64,000 bases of DNA from Octopus vulgaris (lineage: Eukaryota): the NCBI GenBank assembly GCA_951406725.2, contig OX597816.1, positions 1,860,001 to 1,924,000 on the forward strand, read 5' to 3'. Shown here one piece after another: positions 36,820-50,102 of this stretch. How positions within the stretch are numbered: position 1 is the stretch's first letter; every line of letters starts with the position of its first letter. A program made the translations under genes and the position numbers. The notes under the pieces are model-generated. The model was not told where the DNA came from. It saw nothing but the letters and a program-made list of their open reading frames with translations, and did no database searches.

Positions 36820-37680
36820 TCAGCCTAATCTTATTCTCACAGCCATGCTCTTGGAGCATCCACTACTAACTTGGCCACCAAGATAACGAAAGCTATCTAC
36901 TACCTCTAGCTTACTCCACCCCCTAACATAACAGTTGATGGAGTCTATTTTCTGCACATTTCCAGCATTTATTGTACCTGTGCATCTACCACATACAAAG
37001 CTAGTTTCCCCTTTAACCTTCCTCTGATATTGCTGCACCTTTTATGTGTCCAAAAGCTTACACCAGGTGCATCTTATGGAGTTTCTACCTACGCCTTTTT
37101 TACAGATCAAGCAGGGCCATCTACCTGAAGGGATTTGTGATTTGTCTGCCTTCCTACTTACTAAGACTTTGATTTTTTGCTAAGTTTTTTTGCTTCCATA
37201 TCTGGAACTTCTTCTCTAGTTCAGATAGTGATTCTGCTTTGAGAGCAAAGTCATCAGCATAGAGGAGCTCCTAGGAGCAGTCTGTCTTGAATTCCTCTGT
37301 TATTACCTGGAGGACTGTGATGAACAAGAGGGGTCTGAGCACCAATCCTTAGTGAACCCCTACTTGTACCCTGAATTCTTCGCTGAACTCATTGCCAACC
37401 CTCACCTTACTGGTAGCATCCCTGTGCATAGCTTGTACAGCTCTCACCAACCACTCATCTATCCCTAGTTTCTGCATTGATCACCAGATAAGGTCTCGGG
37501 AGACCCTGTCAAAGGCTTTCTGCAAGTCAACAAAGGCCAGGTACAGAGGCTTATGTTTGGCTTGGTATTTCTCCTGCAGCTGCCTTACCAGAAATATAGC
37601 ATCAGTGATGCTTCTCCCTGGCACAAAACCTAACTGCACCTCATCTAAGTTTACTCTCTCCCTAATTAGTTGGGCTATGA
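36820..37680 (-). mobile_element. RTE-clade LINE reverse transcriptase pseudogene fragment
   Basis: VNLDEVQLGFVPGRSITDAIFLVRQLQEKY..LYLAFVDLQKAFDRV, ELLYADDF (YADD at 37250-37261) and LEVVDSFRYLG; stops and frameshifts. Confidence 0.9.
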
Positions 37681-38764
37681 CTCTCTCTCTCTCTCTCTCT
37701 CTGCACACACGCACATACACACAAGTGCACAAACAAAAGAATATATACTCACCAAAATTTAAAGGTGACATCTGTATATTTGTATTTATCATCCCTTTTA
37801 TTTTTTTATTTCTCTCCTTTATGTTTCATGGCTTTTATTTTCCTCTTCATTCCCTCCCACCATCTTCACTTTCGTACCTGCTGTTTGGTGCTGAACTTGG
37901 CAAGATTTAGTTTTCACTTCAAATTAATGCAAAAGTTTACTTTTTGATTTTGCATCAAAATTTCAGCACTTCTTTGTTTCCAGGTTGAAGTGAAGGTGAA
38001 AGTATTTTCTTTGACCTTGTCAAAGGCTGGAGTTTGCTTCACTAAAAACGGAAAGCATTTTCACACAAAATGAAACTATTAAGACACAAAAACAGAACAG
38101 TAGACAACAGGGAGGTGAGTGAGCTGCTATAAATGTCCAGTGCAAGGGTGTCACATTTGAATTTGGATACTTGAAGTAATATCCATTACATTCCAAATTC
38201 AAGCAAGCAAAGCATGCTGATATCACATTGAAATTCGTGTAGCTTAGCAATATTGCTATACACCTGAGTAGTTGTATTAAGTAACCAAATGTATCGAATG
38301 TTAAGAGAAGAGAATGATAATCAGCCAAAACATGATACAAAGTGACCTTTCTAAAAAGTGTGTACCTCCACATTAGACTTTTCGTTCAGGAAAGCATCTT
38401 TTCCCTCGGTAACACAATTCGATTTTCAAATTAGAAACATTCAGTTTTCGGCCCGGAAATCACCTCCTGTATTTGATATGATTGTCACGAAAGGTTTCTA
38501 GTTTCACAATCTGTTTGTGTTCGTTACTGGCTGCATGTAAATTATGAACAACACTTCACAAACAATTAACAGAAGTTTTATTCACTGCACATAGCATTTT
38601 TTATGTTGGTCTTTGAATGATGAGTACAAACAATAATTTATACACATGAGAATAGGCAAACTCTGCAGTTAAGACCAAATAGCTGGTTAGTACAATTCCA
38701 TAACTACACTGTCGTGATATCATGTTAAATTCAAGACAGCAAATCTGTGGATGCCAATTTCTCA

Positions 38765-39306
38765 ATTGAATAAGTAGTTCATTATTTGACGGAGAATTGA
38801 ATAAGTAGTTCATTATTTGACGGAGAATTGAATAAGTAGTTCATTATTTGACGGAGAATTGAATAAGTAGTTCATTATTTGACGGAGAATTGAATAAGTA
38901 GTTCATTATTTGACGGAGAATTGAATAAGTAGTTCATTATTTGACGGAGAATTGAATAAGTAGTTCATTATTTGACGGAGAATTGAATAAGTAGTTCATT
39001 ATTTGACGGAGAATTGAATAAGTAGTTCATTATTTGACGGAGAATTGAATAAGTAGTTCATTATTTGACGGAGAATTGAATAAGTAGTTCATTATTTGAC
39101 GGAGAATTGAATAAGTAGTTCATTATTTGACGGAGAATTGAATAAGTAGTTCATTATTTGACGGAGAATTGAATAAGTAGTTCATTATTTGACGGAGAAT
39201 TGAATAAGTAGTTCATTATTTGACGGAGAATTGAATAAGTAGTTCATTATTTGACGGAGAATTGAATAAGTAGTTCATTATTTGACGGAGAATTGAATAA
39301 GTAGTT
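38765..39306. repeat. Perfect 31-bp minisatellite (17 units plus a 15-bp partial)
   Basis: Unit ATTGAATAAGTAGTTCATTATTTGACGGAGA; period 31 with no variant unit seen. Confidence 0.95.
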
Positions 39307-39467
39307 CATTATTTACATTATTTACATTTGACGGATATTTGTCCTCATCTTGTTTGTTGTTAACACAACGTTTCAGTTGATATACCCTCCAGCCTTCATC
39401 AGGTGTCTTGGGGAAATTTCGAACCCAGGTTCTCATTCCTAAGGTATTTTTCGATGTTGTTGTTGTT

Positions 39468-39503
<36 letters not shown>

Positions 39504-39620
39504 GTTATTATTATTATTATTATTCAGTTCACTACCTGGAATCGAACTTGGAATTTTGGGGTTAGTAGCTCGTGCTCTTAACCACTATGTGTAGTTTCCA
39601 AGTTCGATTCCAGGCAGTGA

Positions 39621-39675
<55 letters not shown>

Positions 39676-39860
39676 ACATTGAAAGATACTTTAGGAATGA
39701 GAAGCCAGGTTCGAAATTTCCTCAAGACACCTGATGAAGGCTGGAGGGTAGATCAGCCAAAACATTGTGTTGACAACAAACAAGATGAGGATAAATATCC
39801 GTCAAATGTAAATAATTTAAATAACGTACGCAATTCCTCATCTCTTAATTATAGAACTGT
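39307..39860. mobile_element. Non-autonomous inverted-repeat retroelement with tRNA-like head and hammerhead motif (Penelope-type)
   Basis: Arms ~39311-39553 and ~39595-39816 are reverse complements; A/B boxes at 39589-39538 (-); (AAT)n; CTGATGA...GAAA core; ATTGAATAAGTAGTT on both flanks (39292-39306, 39861-39875). Confidence 0.75.
39362..39407 (-). ncRNA. Minimal type-I hammerhead ribozyme motif (mutated mirror copy at 39726-39771, +)
   Basis: gacac-CTGATGA-a-ggctg..caact-GAAA-CG-TT-gtgtt; the mirror copy has an intact stem II ggctg/cagcc but GAAA is mutated to AAAA. Confidence 0.65.
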
Positions 39861-41324
39861 ATTGAATAAGTAGTTGTTTAGTGGTTGCAACCACCATTGG
39901 CATGTCGTTTCTGCTCCAGCTGAAAAAGGAAAATGAAAATGCTTTTGTAGGGGTGGTCTCCAACATTCTGAGGTTTTAGCACCAAAAATTCGTCTATTTA
40001 TAAGCCTTGTTAGAAGATTCTAGAAGGTTGTAGCTGATTGGTTCGTTAATCAGCCAATCACATAAGATGATTATGGCTAAGCTGTGACTCTTACTCAGTA
40101 ATCTGGCCATTCAGTTTCAAATTCAGCATAAGAGACGCACAGACATATTAGAAGCACCCTTGTTTCTGCCATACATATACATGAGAAAAAGGGTTTTAAT
40201 GCATTAAACATGTAACATAGACTCCACTTTGCATGAGAGACCCCAGGGTGATTTTTAAGACATTTTTTACTGTCTAATATGGTATTTCTGACAAGGTAAA
40301 TGTTTACATTTACCTGAGGTCTGGGGAAACAAAGATGTAACAAAGTTGTTAATATTTAAAATTTTTTCTTTGTTATAAGGAAACATTCAGTCTGAACAGA
40401 CCAAAATTCCCATTCTCTTAGGGAGAGTTGAGGGATCCTCTATCCCAATTATTTCATTACCAATTAAAATAACGAGGAAGTAAGTCAAATATTGGCTTAC
40501 TCAAAACTTGGCCTCGTTAATGTCATTTATAACACACCAAATCCGTTGGCAAAGCTTTGGTCAGCCGAGGGCTATAGTAAAAGACAGTTGTCCCATGTGC
40601 CATGCAGTGGGACTGAACCTGAGACCATATATTTGGGAAGTAAGCTTCTTAACTGCCCAACTCTGCTTAGGTTTCAATTGTTTATCGAATCAAACAATCT
40701 CTTGGCAGCCAAACAACTACAAACTCTTTCTGTGGATCCAGATTATCTACATTGTAATCAGATGATTTCCTATTACTTATTAATTAATTATTCTATATTT
40801 TAATACTTAATCTATTATGTAAACTTAATCCTTTGCCATTCGTTACAGAAGCATCTTCTCACTCTCACTAGTAATTCTACTTCATTATTATTTTTATTTT
40901 TCATCAACAAGGGATCCTGCATGTGTGGTTGCTTGCCCTCCTAGAAAGAGCAACCAAAGGCTCATCGAATAATATTTGACTATTTTAGAAAAGAGAATTG
41001 CACCTTGGATAATGTATTTCAGGTAGACGATGTCTTGAAGGGAACGAAAAAATTGTCAGTCTTGGCAAGAATGTTTTTGATTATAGGTCTGTTCAGTCAA
41101 GGTAGATTTAGGCTAATCTAGACAAATACAGGTATATCAAATACCATACAACTTAAATTCTTGATTTATCAAAATTATTTTTGGTTCTAGAGCAGAGTTT
41201 CTTAATCATTTTTTCACCTATGGACCCCTTTGATGATTACTTTACTCAACTGGAACTCCCTAGCCATTAGATGCATACAAAAAAGATCCTACTGTATTTT
41301 GATAATTAAACATTATTAAGAATT

Positions 41325-41325
41325 C

Positions 41326-41419
<94 letters not shown>

Positions 41420-42075
41420 ACATCATCACCATCATCATCGTCACCATCATTGTTTAACGTCCATTTTCCATGCTTACTCGGGTTGGATGGTCTGAGATGG
41501 AGCCAGCCATCTGGGAGCTGTCCAGACTCCAATTGTCTGTTGTGGTTCCTATATTTGAATGCCCTTCTTGATGCTAACCACTCAACAGAGTATCCTGGGT
41601 GCCTTTTATGTGCCGGTGGCATGGATGCTTTTAAGTGGCGCCTGTAAGGGACAAGCCTGTACGTGAGGAAGGCAGCAATCTTACTTAGCCTGACGCATCT
41701 TCTCAAGTACAGCAAATCACCACAACTCCTAATCCCTTGCCATTTCCTCAGAGAGGCCCAGCATCTGAAGACCCTTTCTCACCACTACATCCCACATATT
41801 CCTGGGTCTACCTCTTCCACAAATTCCCTCTGCAATTAGAACCTGGCACTTCTTTACACAGCTGTCCTCATCCATACACATCACATGACCAAACAAGAAC
41901 AGTCTTCTCTCTTGCACACAACATCTGATGCTTCTCACACCCAGTTTTCCTTTTGAATCATTTACACTCTGTCGTGCACGCACACTGACATTTCCCATCC
42001 AGTGGAGCATGGTAGCTTCATTTCTTTCAAGCTTTTGCAAGTCCTCTGTAGTCAAGGCCCATGTCCCACTGCCAG
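41325..42075 (-). mobile_element. RTE-LINE ORF2 C-terminus plus 3' UTR and long (GAT)n tail
   Basis: TTEDLQKLERNEATMLHWMGNV..LFGHVMCMDEDSCVKKC..GRGRPRNMWDVVV; (ATC)n at 41325-41450. Confidence 0.85.
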
Positions 42076-42765
42076 AGAAGCATAAACAATTTATTGGGCA
42101 AATTTTAACAACAAACTTTTATATGGATTCCAGTTGAGAATTATTGCTCCGGAAGATGTATCTTAATTATCAAATGGCAATAAAGATCAGATCCGTTTGA
42201 GGAAGGAAGATAAACTTAAGAATTAAGACTTCTCCAAAGTTGAGATGCCATTAAGGAAGAGGACAAAATTATTGTCTGGGAATAAGAGAACATGTCCCTA
42301 CCTCAACAGCTATCATCAGCACAGCAATTGTCCAACCTTGTGTCCAATGGCCAAGGGACATAGATGAAAAGGCATAGAAAACATTTATGGTCTAGGTAAT
42401 TTGCATAATTTAAAAGAAAATGAGTGAAGAGAAATAACTGAGTGTGGCCAATGGAATATAATTAAACATGCCAATTAGCTAAACGAGTATTTTATATGGG
42501 GGAAGAGTAAATTGTCAACTTCCCTACTTTCTGACAAGGGTCTGTGAGAATTGGAAAGGGAGCAGACATATGGAAAACATGTTTGGCCATGGGGAAATAT
42601 TACCTTCATTGGAAACAGGTGAGGGTTGGTGACGTACAGAGCATCCAGCTGTAAAAATTGCACACCCCCCACATACATATATACATATATATCACTATCC
42701 AACCCATACCAACATGGAAAACATGTTAAAGGATGATGAATATAGATATATCCATATATATCTAT

Positions 42766-42810
<45 letters not shown>

Positions 42811-42811
<1 letters not shown>

Positions 42812-43020
42812 CATCATCATCATCGTTTAACGTTCACTTTCCATGCTGGTATGGGTTGGACGGTTTGACTGAGGACTGATGAGCCAGAAGACTGCACCAG
42901 GCTCCATCTGATCTACAGCTGGATGCCCTTACAAATGCCAACCACATTACAGTGTGGGCTGGATGCTTTTAATGTGGCACCAATACTGGCAGGGTCACCA
43001 AGTAACTCACAAGACAAGGA
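42811..43020 (-). mobile_element. RTE-LINE 3' tail copy
   Basis: (ATC)n plus reverse family-C core. Confidence 0.75.
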
Positions 43021-43367
43021 ATTATGAGAGGGGCAGGGGGCATATGAGGAGGGGGATTTGTGTCTGGGGATGAAAGCTTAGGGTGTGACAGAGAGACAGA
43101 AGCAGGTGTCTTGCCACAACAGAGGGGGCATTAGAGCGGGGGGTGGGGGTGATCCAGTGTCAGGTGATGAAAGGTTAGAGTGTGAGAGAGAAATAGTTGT
43201 CTTGTTATAAAGGAGGTACATGGTTACCCAGTGAGAAAGTGAGAGAGAGACAGAGAGAGAGAGATTGCCCTGGGGCAATAGTACAATAGTACAATAGTAC
43301 ACATGATAATCTACTTGGAGCTCTAACTCATACAGTAATAGTTGTACATTTAACTGTACACTCAAGA

Positions 43368-43597
<230 letters not shown>

Positions 43598-44207
43598 CAA
43601 ACATCAGAAGGTTTTTTTATTGTTTGTGTAACTCATTCCATTTTAAGAATATTTGTTTACCCTGCATATCCTAATGATAAATAAAACCAGAAAAGGTCAT
43701 TTTTTTGGTGGGGGTTGTTTTGTTTTTTGCTGTTTTGTTTTTTGAAATTTCCTGCTCTGATCTTTTGACTTTTTCTCTCATTTAAGACCAAATAGATTTC
43801 TTTTTATTTAAGATAATATTTTTGTTCTTTTTGTGTGTGTGTGTGTTGGTTCCAGACTGCAGTCTGCCAGTCTTACTCGCCTCTTACAGGATTCTCACAT
43901 CCACAGCTATAAATAATAAATAAAAGGATAAATAAACTGTGATGGAGAATATTTCTAGAGAGTTTGGCTGCTATCGTAAGAGCCATGGTAACTGCTGAAG
44001 GTTTTGAGATGTTTGATATTTATAAGCAAGCGGCACCGTTCTTAATGATAATATGGTTTGATGAAATAAATAGATAGAAGAAAAAATATCGTTTAGAAAC
44101 AAATCTTGTTTTTGTTCTTTTGTTTTTAACAATATTTATGAGGTTATTTTTATGCTCTTCCTTCTCAAATTGGAGAGAACAACATCTATTTGTGATAAAA
44201 TTATAAC

Positions 44208-44345
44208 TCATCATATCACCCTTATCACTCATATGTCATATCATTCATACAGCATATCACTCATACATCATATCACTCATACATCATATCACTCATACAG
44301 CATATCACTCATACGTCATATCACTCATACATCATATCACTCATG
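44208..44345. repeat. Imperfect ~15-17 bp tandem repeat (CATATCACTCATA core)
   Basis: Visible directly. Confidence 0.8.
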
Positions 44346-45564
44346 CCATATTCCACTTTGGTCTGCAATAAGTCCCAGGAATCATAAGGCTAGAGCTTAA
44401 TCCAGCTGCCATAGAAGTTACTGAGATTATTCCTGCCCAAGTATAGGATGCCAGTCCCTTGCAGTGTTAACTTCCCTGCCTCTGTTGGAACCCATTTACA
44501 GCTGAGCAGACTGGAGCAACATAACATGAAGTGTTTTTCTCAAGAACACAATGCACTTTCTAGCTTAGGAATTGAAATCATGATCTTATGATTGTGATTG
44601 CAACCCCCTAACCCCTTGGCCACATACCTTCACTATAATATCATAGAAGGGGGGGAAAAACCCGTAGAATTACGATATCATAACAAATATTGTATGCTGT
44701 TAACTGTGATGACTGGGTTTAATTAGGCACAGGTATGGCTGTGTAATTAAGCAGCTTTGTTCCTAACAGGTGACCGTGAGTTCAATCCCACTCTGTGGCA
44801 AGTGTCTTGTACTATTGCCTCAGGGCAATCAAAGCTTTGTGAGTGGATTTGGTGGACAGAAACTGAAAAAAATCCTTTGTATAAAAGGTGAGTGTGTGTG
44901 TGTGTGGGGGGGTGCCCACATGATAGTTGTAAACGAGCATCACTGTCATAGAAGCAGTGTTGTTTGTTTCTGGTTTTCTATGAGAAATATGTCTGGTCAT
45001 GGGTAAATATTACCTTACAAGGGTTGGTGACAGGAAGGGCATCCGGCTGCAGAAAATCTATGTCAATAGATTCCATCTGACCATTGCAAACATAGAAGAA
45101 TGGTGAAAAAAGAAATCAATGATGATGATACCAAAGGAAAATTTATCTGATATAAGAAAGGAATTTGTCAGAGCAAGTTTCAGTCGTGAAATGGAATCCC
45201 TTCATTGTTATTGCTTATCAAATGCCATTGGATTGCAACTGTTTCCAAAGTTGCGTCGACAATTTCATTGCATGGCTGGCAGACACCTGAAGCTAGTTAC
45301 TGCTTTCACATTCAGCAATGATATTCTGAAACAAAAGAGTCAGATTCTTTAGCACTGACAGTCCTACATATTCTAGGAATAATTTTAATGAGGGCTTAAA
45401 CTCGTTTCTAAAACAATATTGAAACAGACAGGATAAGAAGGAGATAAAAGCAAGCCTTGCCCAAAACCTTTCTGATTCAACAAGAACAATGCTCTTGTGT
45501 ATTTTTCCTTTTTTGGCCAGTGGCTTCTAATGGTTGTTGTTTTTTTATTTTCTTCAATGATATC

Positions 45565-45796
45565 TATTTCTTTACTACCCACAAGGGGCTAAACATAGAG
45601 GGGACAAACAAGGACAGACAAAGGGATTAAGTCGATTACATCGACCCCAGTGCGAAACTGGTACTTAATTTATCGACCCCAAAAGGATGAAAGGCAAAGT
45701 GGACCTCAGTGGAATTTGAACTCAGAACGTAAAGACAGATGAAATACTGCTAAGCATTTCGCCCGGCACGCTAACATTTCTGCCAGCTTGCCGCCT
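45565..45796 (-). mobile_element. tRNA-derived SINE (family A), full length
   Basis: Reverse complement of 35258-35489. Confidence 0.85.
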
Positions 45797-46295
45797 TTTC
45801 TTCAACAATATATTTAACTGTCTTCATTCCAAATCAACCACCAGGCATACAAATCCCTTCATTTGTCAGACATTTCGTTTTCTAAGAGTTACCGCATTCC
45901 TTCAGGAGCACTAATGTATTTGGCATTTTAAAATTAATTTCATATTTTGGCACAAGGCCAGCAATTTCAGAGAAGCCAGTCCATTCAGTCGGCCAAAATG
46001 ATTTGTACCAGTAATTCAATGAGGGCCAGCCTTGCCACATTCTGTGTCATGGCCGAATCTCCTTGAGAACAACATTAAGGGTACGTGTGTCTGTGGAGCG
46101 CTCAGCCACTTGCATGTTAATTTCATGAGCAGGCTGCTCTGTTAATCAAATCAACTGGAGCCCTTGTCTTCATGACCAACAGAGAACCAGTTATCCTTCA
46201 TTATTCTGGTTGCTTAAGATCAGTGGCCATTATGGAGTGTATTCCATAAAGCTGGGCAAATTATAAGGACTCTCATCCAATGAAATTCCTTTTAT

Positions 46296-46695
46296 AGGTG
46301 CAGGAGTGGCTGTGTGGTAAGTAGCTTGCTAACCAACCACATAGTTCCGGGTTCAGTCCCACTGAGTGGCATCTTGGGCAAGTGTCTTCTGCTATAGCCC
46401 CGGGCCGACCAATGCCTTGTGAGTGGATTTGGTAGACAGAAACTGAAAGAAGCCTGTTGTATATATGTATATATATATATATATATGCGTGTGTGTGTTT
46501 GTCCCCCTAGCATTGCTTGACAACCGATGCTGGTGTGTTTACGTCCCCGTCACTTAGCGGTTCGGCAAAAGAGACCAATAGAATAAGTACTGGGCTTACA
46601 AAGAATAAGTCCCGGGGTCGATTTGCTCGACTAAAGGCAGTGCTCCAGCATGGCCGCAGTCAAATGACTGAAACAAGTAAAAGAGTAAAAGAGTA
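46296..46695 (+). mobile_element. Full-length tRNA-derived SINE (family B)
   Basis: AGGTGCAGGAGTGGCTGTGTGGTAAG..GGGTTCAGTCCC, internal (TA)n(TG)n and GTAAAAGAGTAAAAGAGT tail. Confidence 0.9.
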
Positions 46696-47104
46696 ATGAT
46701 TAGATTTGGTTATGAAGGCAAACACAATGTGGCCCATGACCTGCAGCATCAGAAAATGTGGGTTCACAGTGAAGTAGAGGAAGATGTTGAGGTGTAAGGT
46801 TGAATGATTTCAATTAGGATTCCTTGTGTTGATTCATTGAATTCTGAAGAAATCATTGCTGTTGTTGTTTAGCACCAGGTCAGCCTTGGTTGAACAGGCC
46901 TATGATCAAAGGCATTCCAGCTTTGACCATCATGTCATGTTCTATTCTTCTGTGGCTTTAAATACATGCCAGGGCTGAAGACAGAAGCTCTTGTTTCTCC
47001 TAATTCCTGCTTCAAGATGACCACCTCTCTCAGTTCCGAACATCTTTCATACTTTTTCTCTGCTGGAAAGCTGCAAGTACAGCTGACGTCATTTCCTCAC
47101 CTTC

Positions 47105-47417
47105 GTGCTGGTGGCACGTGAAACATTCGAGTGAGGTCGTTGCCAGTGTCACTGAACTGGCTCTTGTGCAGGTGGCACATAAAAAGCACCATTTGGGCGT
47201 GGCCGTTGCCAGTACCACCAAACTGGCCCTCGTGCTGGTGGCACGTAAAAATCACCCACTACACTCTCGGAGTGGTTGGCGTTAGGAAGGGCATCCAGCT
47301 ATAGAAACTCTGCCAGATCAAGATTGGAGTCTGGTTTGACAGATCTCAGTCAAATCGTCAACCCATGCTAGCATGGAAAGCGGACGTTAAATGATGATGA
47401 TGATGATGATGATGATG
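47105..47417 (+). mobile_element. RTE-LINE 3' tail copy
   Basis: Three hairpin units, core and (GAT)n. Confidence 0.8.
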
Positions 47418-47674
47418 AATGCAACAATGTACAAGAAACAGAATCTCTCTAACCAATGTGTCTAACACAATCGGATGTAATTTGAGGGAATTTGGTTGCT
47501 GTTTTTACTCTATCAAATGATAACGTTAAAGCTAAGTCTTCCTATCTGGCCCTGAGATCTGATAGTGTTGCTTTTCAATTCAACAACATTATCTCACTTT
47601 TATGACAGAGATTATTGAAGTCTTAATCTGAATGACAACTTTAACCATTTCATTACCAAATTTATTTTGAGATA

Positions 47675-47798
47675 CCAACCACATGGTTCCGGGTTCAGTC
47701 CCACTGCGTGGCACCATGGGCAAGTGTCTTCTACTATAGCCTCAGGCAGACCAAAGCCTTGTGAGTGGATTTGGTAGACGGAAACTGAAAGAAGCCCG

Positions 47799-47858
<60 letters not shown>

Positions 47859-48060
47859 TTGTGTGTCTGTGTTTGTCCCTGCAACATCGTTTGACAACCA
47901 ATACTGGTGTGTTTATGTCCCCGTAACTTAGCAGTTCAGCAAAAGAGACCAATATAATAAGTACTAGGCTTACAAAGAATAAGTCCTGGGGTTGATTTGT
48001 TCAACTAAAGGTGGTGCTCCAGCATGGCTGTAGTCAAATGACTGAAACGAATAAAAGAAT
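47675..48060 (+). mobile_element. SINE (family B), slightly 5'-truncated
   Basis: Matches 46330-46690. Confidence 0.85.
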
Positions 48061-49159
48061 ATCAAAGAATTTCATCAAATAACTTCGTTATATCAATTAA
48101 GCTGGTGTTAGGAACATAAATTGTGACTAAAGTTTGGTGGAAGATTTTAATCCAGAACTTATGAAAACAAGACATTTGTATTTCAGGACCAGTTTCAGCT
48201 GGTTTGGCAAGGAAAGGGTTCACAGAAATAAAATGCTAGGCTATATATATATGATTGATAAACAACACTCAGAGGTTGACACGAATGATGGCAGCCATTT
48301 TCCTTCTTCAAAAATATATTTGTTGATCTCTCTGCTTCTAAACTCATGCAATTTGCCTATTTTGGATGATATTTACATTTCTTCATCTTCTACTGATACC
48401 ATTTCCTTCAATTTCTTTGAGGAACCCTATTTCTGTCTCTTGTAATCATTCTTTCTCCTTCCCAACCATTTTCATTCTACAGTTTTTTACTTATTCATCT
48501 TGTTTTTTCTTTTTCTTTTTTCTCATTCCTTTCTTTCTTCTTCTAGTTCATTGTCTCTTCTTTCTGCCATTCTTTTTTTCTTTCTACTTCAACACTTCCA
48601 GCCTTGCTTCTGTTGTTATCATTTTTCAACCCTCCTCCTCCTCCTCCTACCTCTTCTTCAGTTTCTGCCAAATGTCTACTTCTTAAGACAATCCTTACCT
48701 TTGCCGCCATCGTTCAAAGTCAAGCTGTTTCTCTTTGACTCAGATATTCTTTGTCTTTCTCACTTGGAAAGTCTAAATCATGTCTTACCATTCTTTGGGA
48801 TTCTCTTTCTTGCACCCTTTGCCTAACATTCTTTTCTTGCAGAAACTGCAGCTGTTGTCATTCATTGAAATCCTCCATCTGCATCGAAAATGGGTGTTTT
48901 TTGGAATTAGGAATTATGTAACGTATACACAGAAACATGCACGCACACACACACACACACACACATACACACACATGCATGCACACATACACACACATGC
49001 ACGCACAAACACACACACACGCACATACACACACATACACAAGATTTTGCACCATCAAAGATACATACATAAGGTCTGTTGAAAAGCCAGTAATGATGTA
49101 ATGGGAAGAACATCTGACATTAAAAAAAATGCCTCAGTAATATATTTGATTAACCCATC

Positions 49160-50102
49160 TTAACATCAGAAAAGACTGGGCAAAGTTCAGAGAGCTCCTA
49201 CCTCTGCTGGCGACAAAGGGCCTCTCTCTCAAAATGAAAGGTAGATTGTATGATGCCCATGTGTGAACAACCATGCCACATGGCAGTGAAATATGGGCTG
49301 TGACAGCTGAGGATATGTGTAGGCTTGAAAGACATGAAGCCAGTATGCTTTATTTGATGTGCAATGTCAGTGTGCATACACGACAGAGTGTAAGCATCTT
49401 GAAAGAAAAGTTAGGCATAAGAGGCATCAGATGTGGTGTGCAAGAAAGATGACTGTGTTGGTGTGGTCATATGATGCATATGGATGAGGACAGCTGTGTA
49501 AAGAAGAGCCAATCTCTAACTGTGGAGGGAACCTGTGGTAGAGGTAGATCCAGGAAGACATGGGATGAAGTGGTGAATCATAAACTTCAAACTTTGAGCC
49601 ACACAGAGACAATGATTAGGGACTAAGACCTTTGGCAATATGTTGTGCTTGAGAAGATCTGTCAGGCCAAGTGAAATCATGGTCATGGTTGATGTTGGTG
49701 TCACATAACTAGCATCCATGCTGGTGGCATGTAAAGAGCACCATTTGAGCATTGAGCCTCATGGAGGCAAAGCGGCTGAATTCCTTTTGAGTGTTGGGCC
49801 TCATGGAGGCAATGACCAAGACCTTTGGCATTATGTCACGCTTGAGAAGAAAACCCATCAAGCCATGCAAAATCACAGTTGTGGCAGATACTGGTGTCAT
49901 GCAAATGGCACCCGTGCCAGTGGCACATAAAAGCACTCATTATGCTCTCAGGTTGGTTAGCGTTAGGAAGAGCATCCAGCCATAGAGAACCATGCCAAAA
50001 CAGACTGGAGTCTGGTGCAGCCTTCCAGGTTACCAGCCCTGGTCAAAGCATCCAACCCATGCCAGCATGGACAATGGACATTAAACGATGATGAGGATGA
50101 TG

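Noticed and set aside
38765-39306. CRISPR-like appearance of the 31-bp array
   Set aside because: Units are contiguous with no spacers; no cas genes; eukaryotic context.
39530-39589. Genuine tRNA gene (also the SINE heads at ~1695, 27697 and 46296)
   Set aside because: A/B boxes are present but there is no complete acceptor stem, and each runs into a repeat body.
45133-45325. Minus-strand exon after acceptor CTCTTTTGTTTCAG
   Set aside because: All three frames close and the donor is weak; cannot be supported without transcripts.
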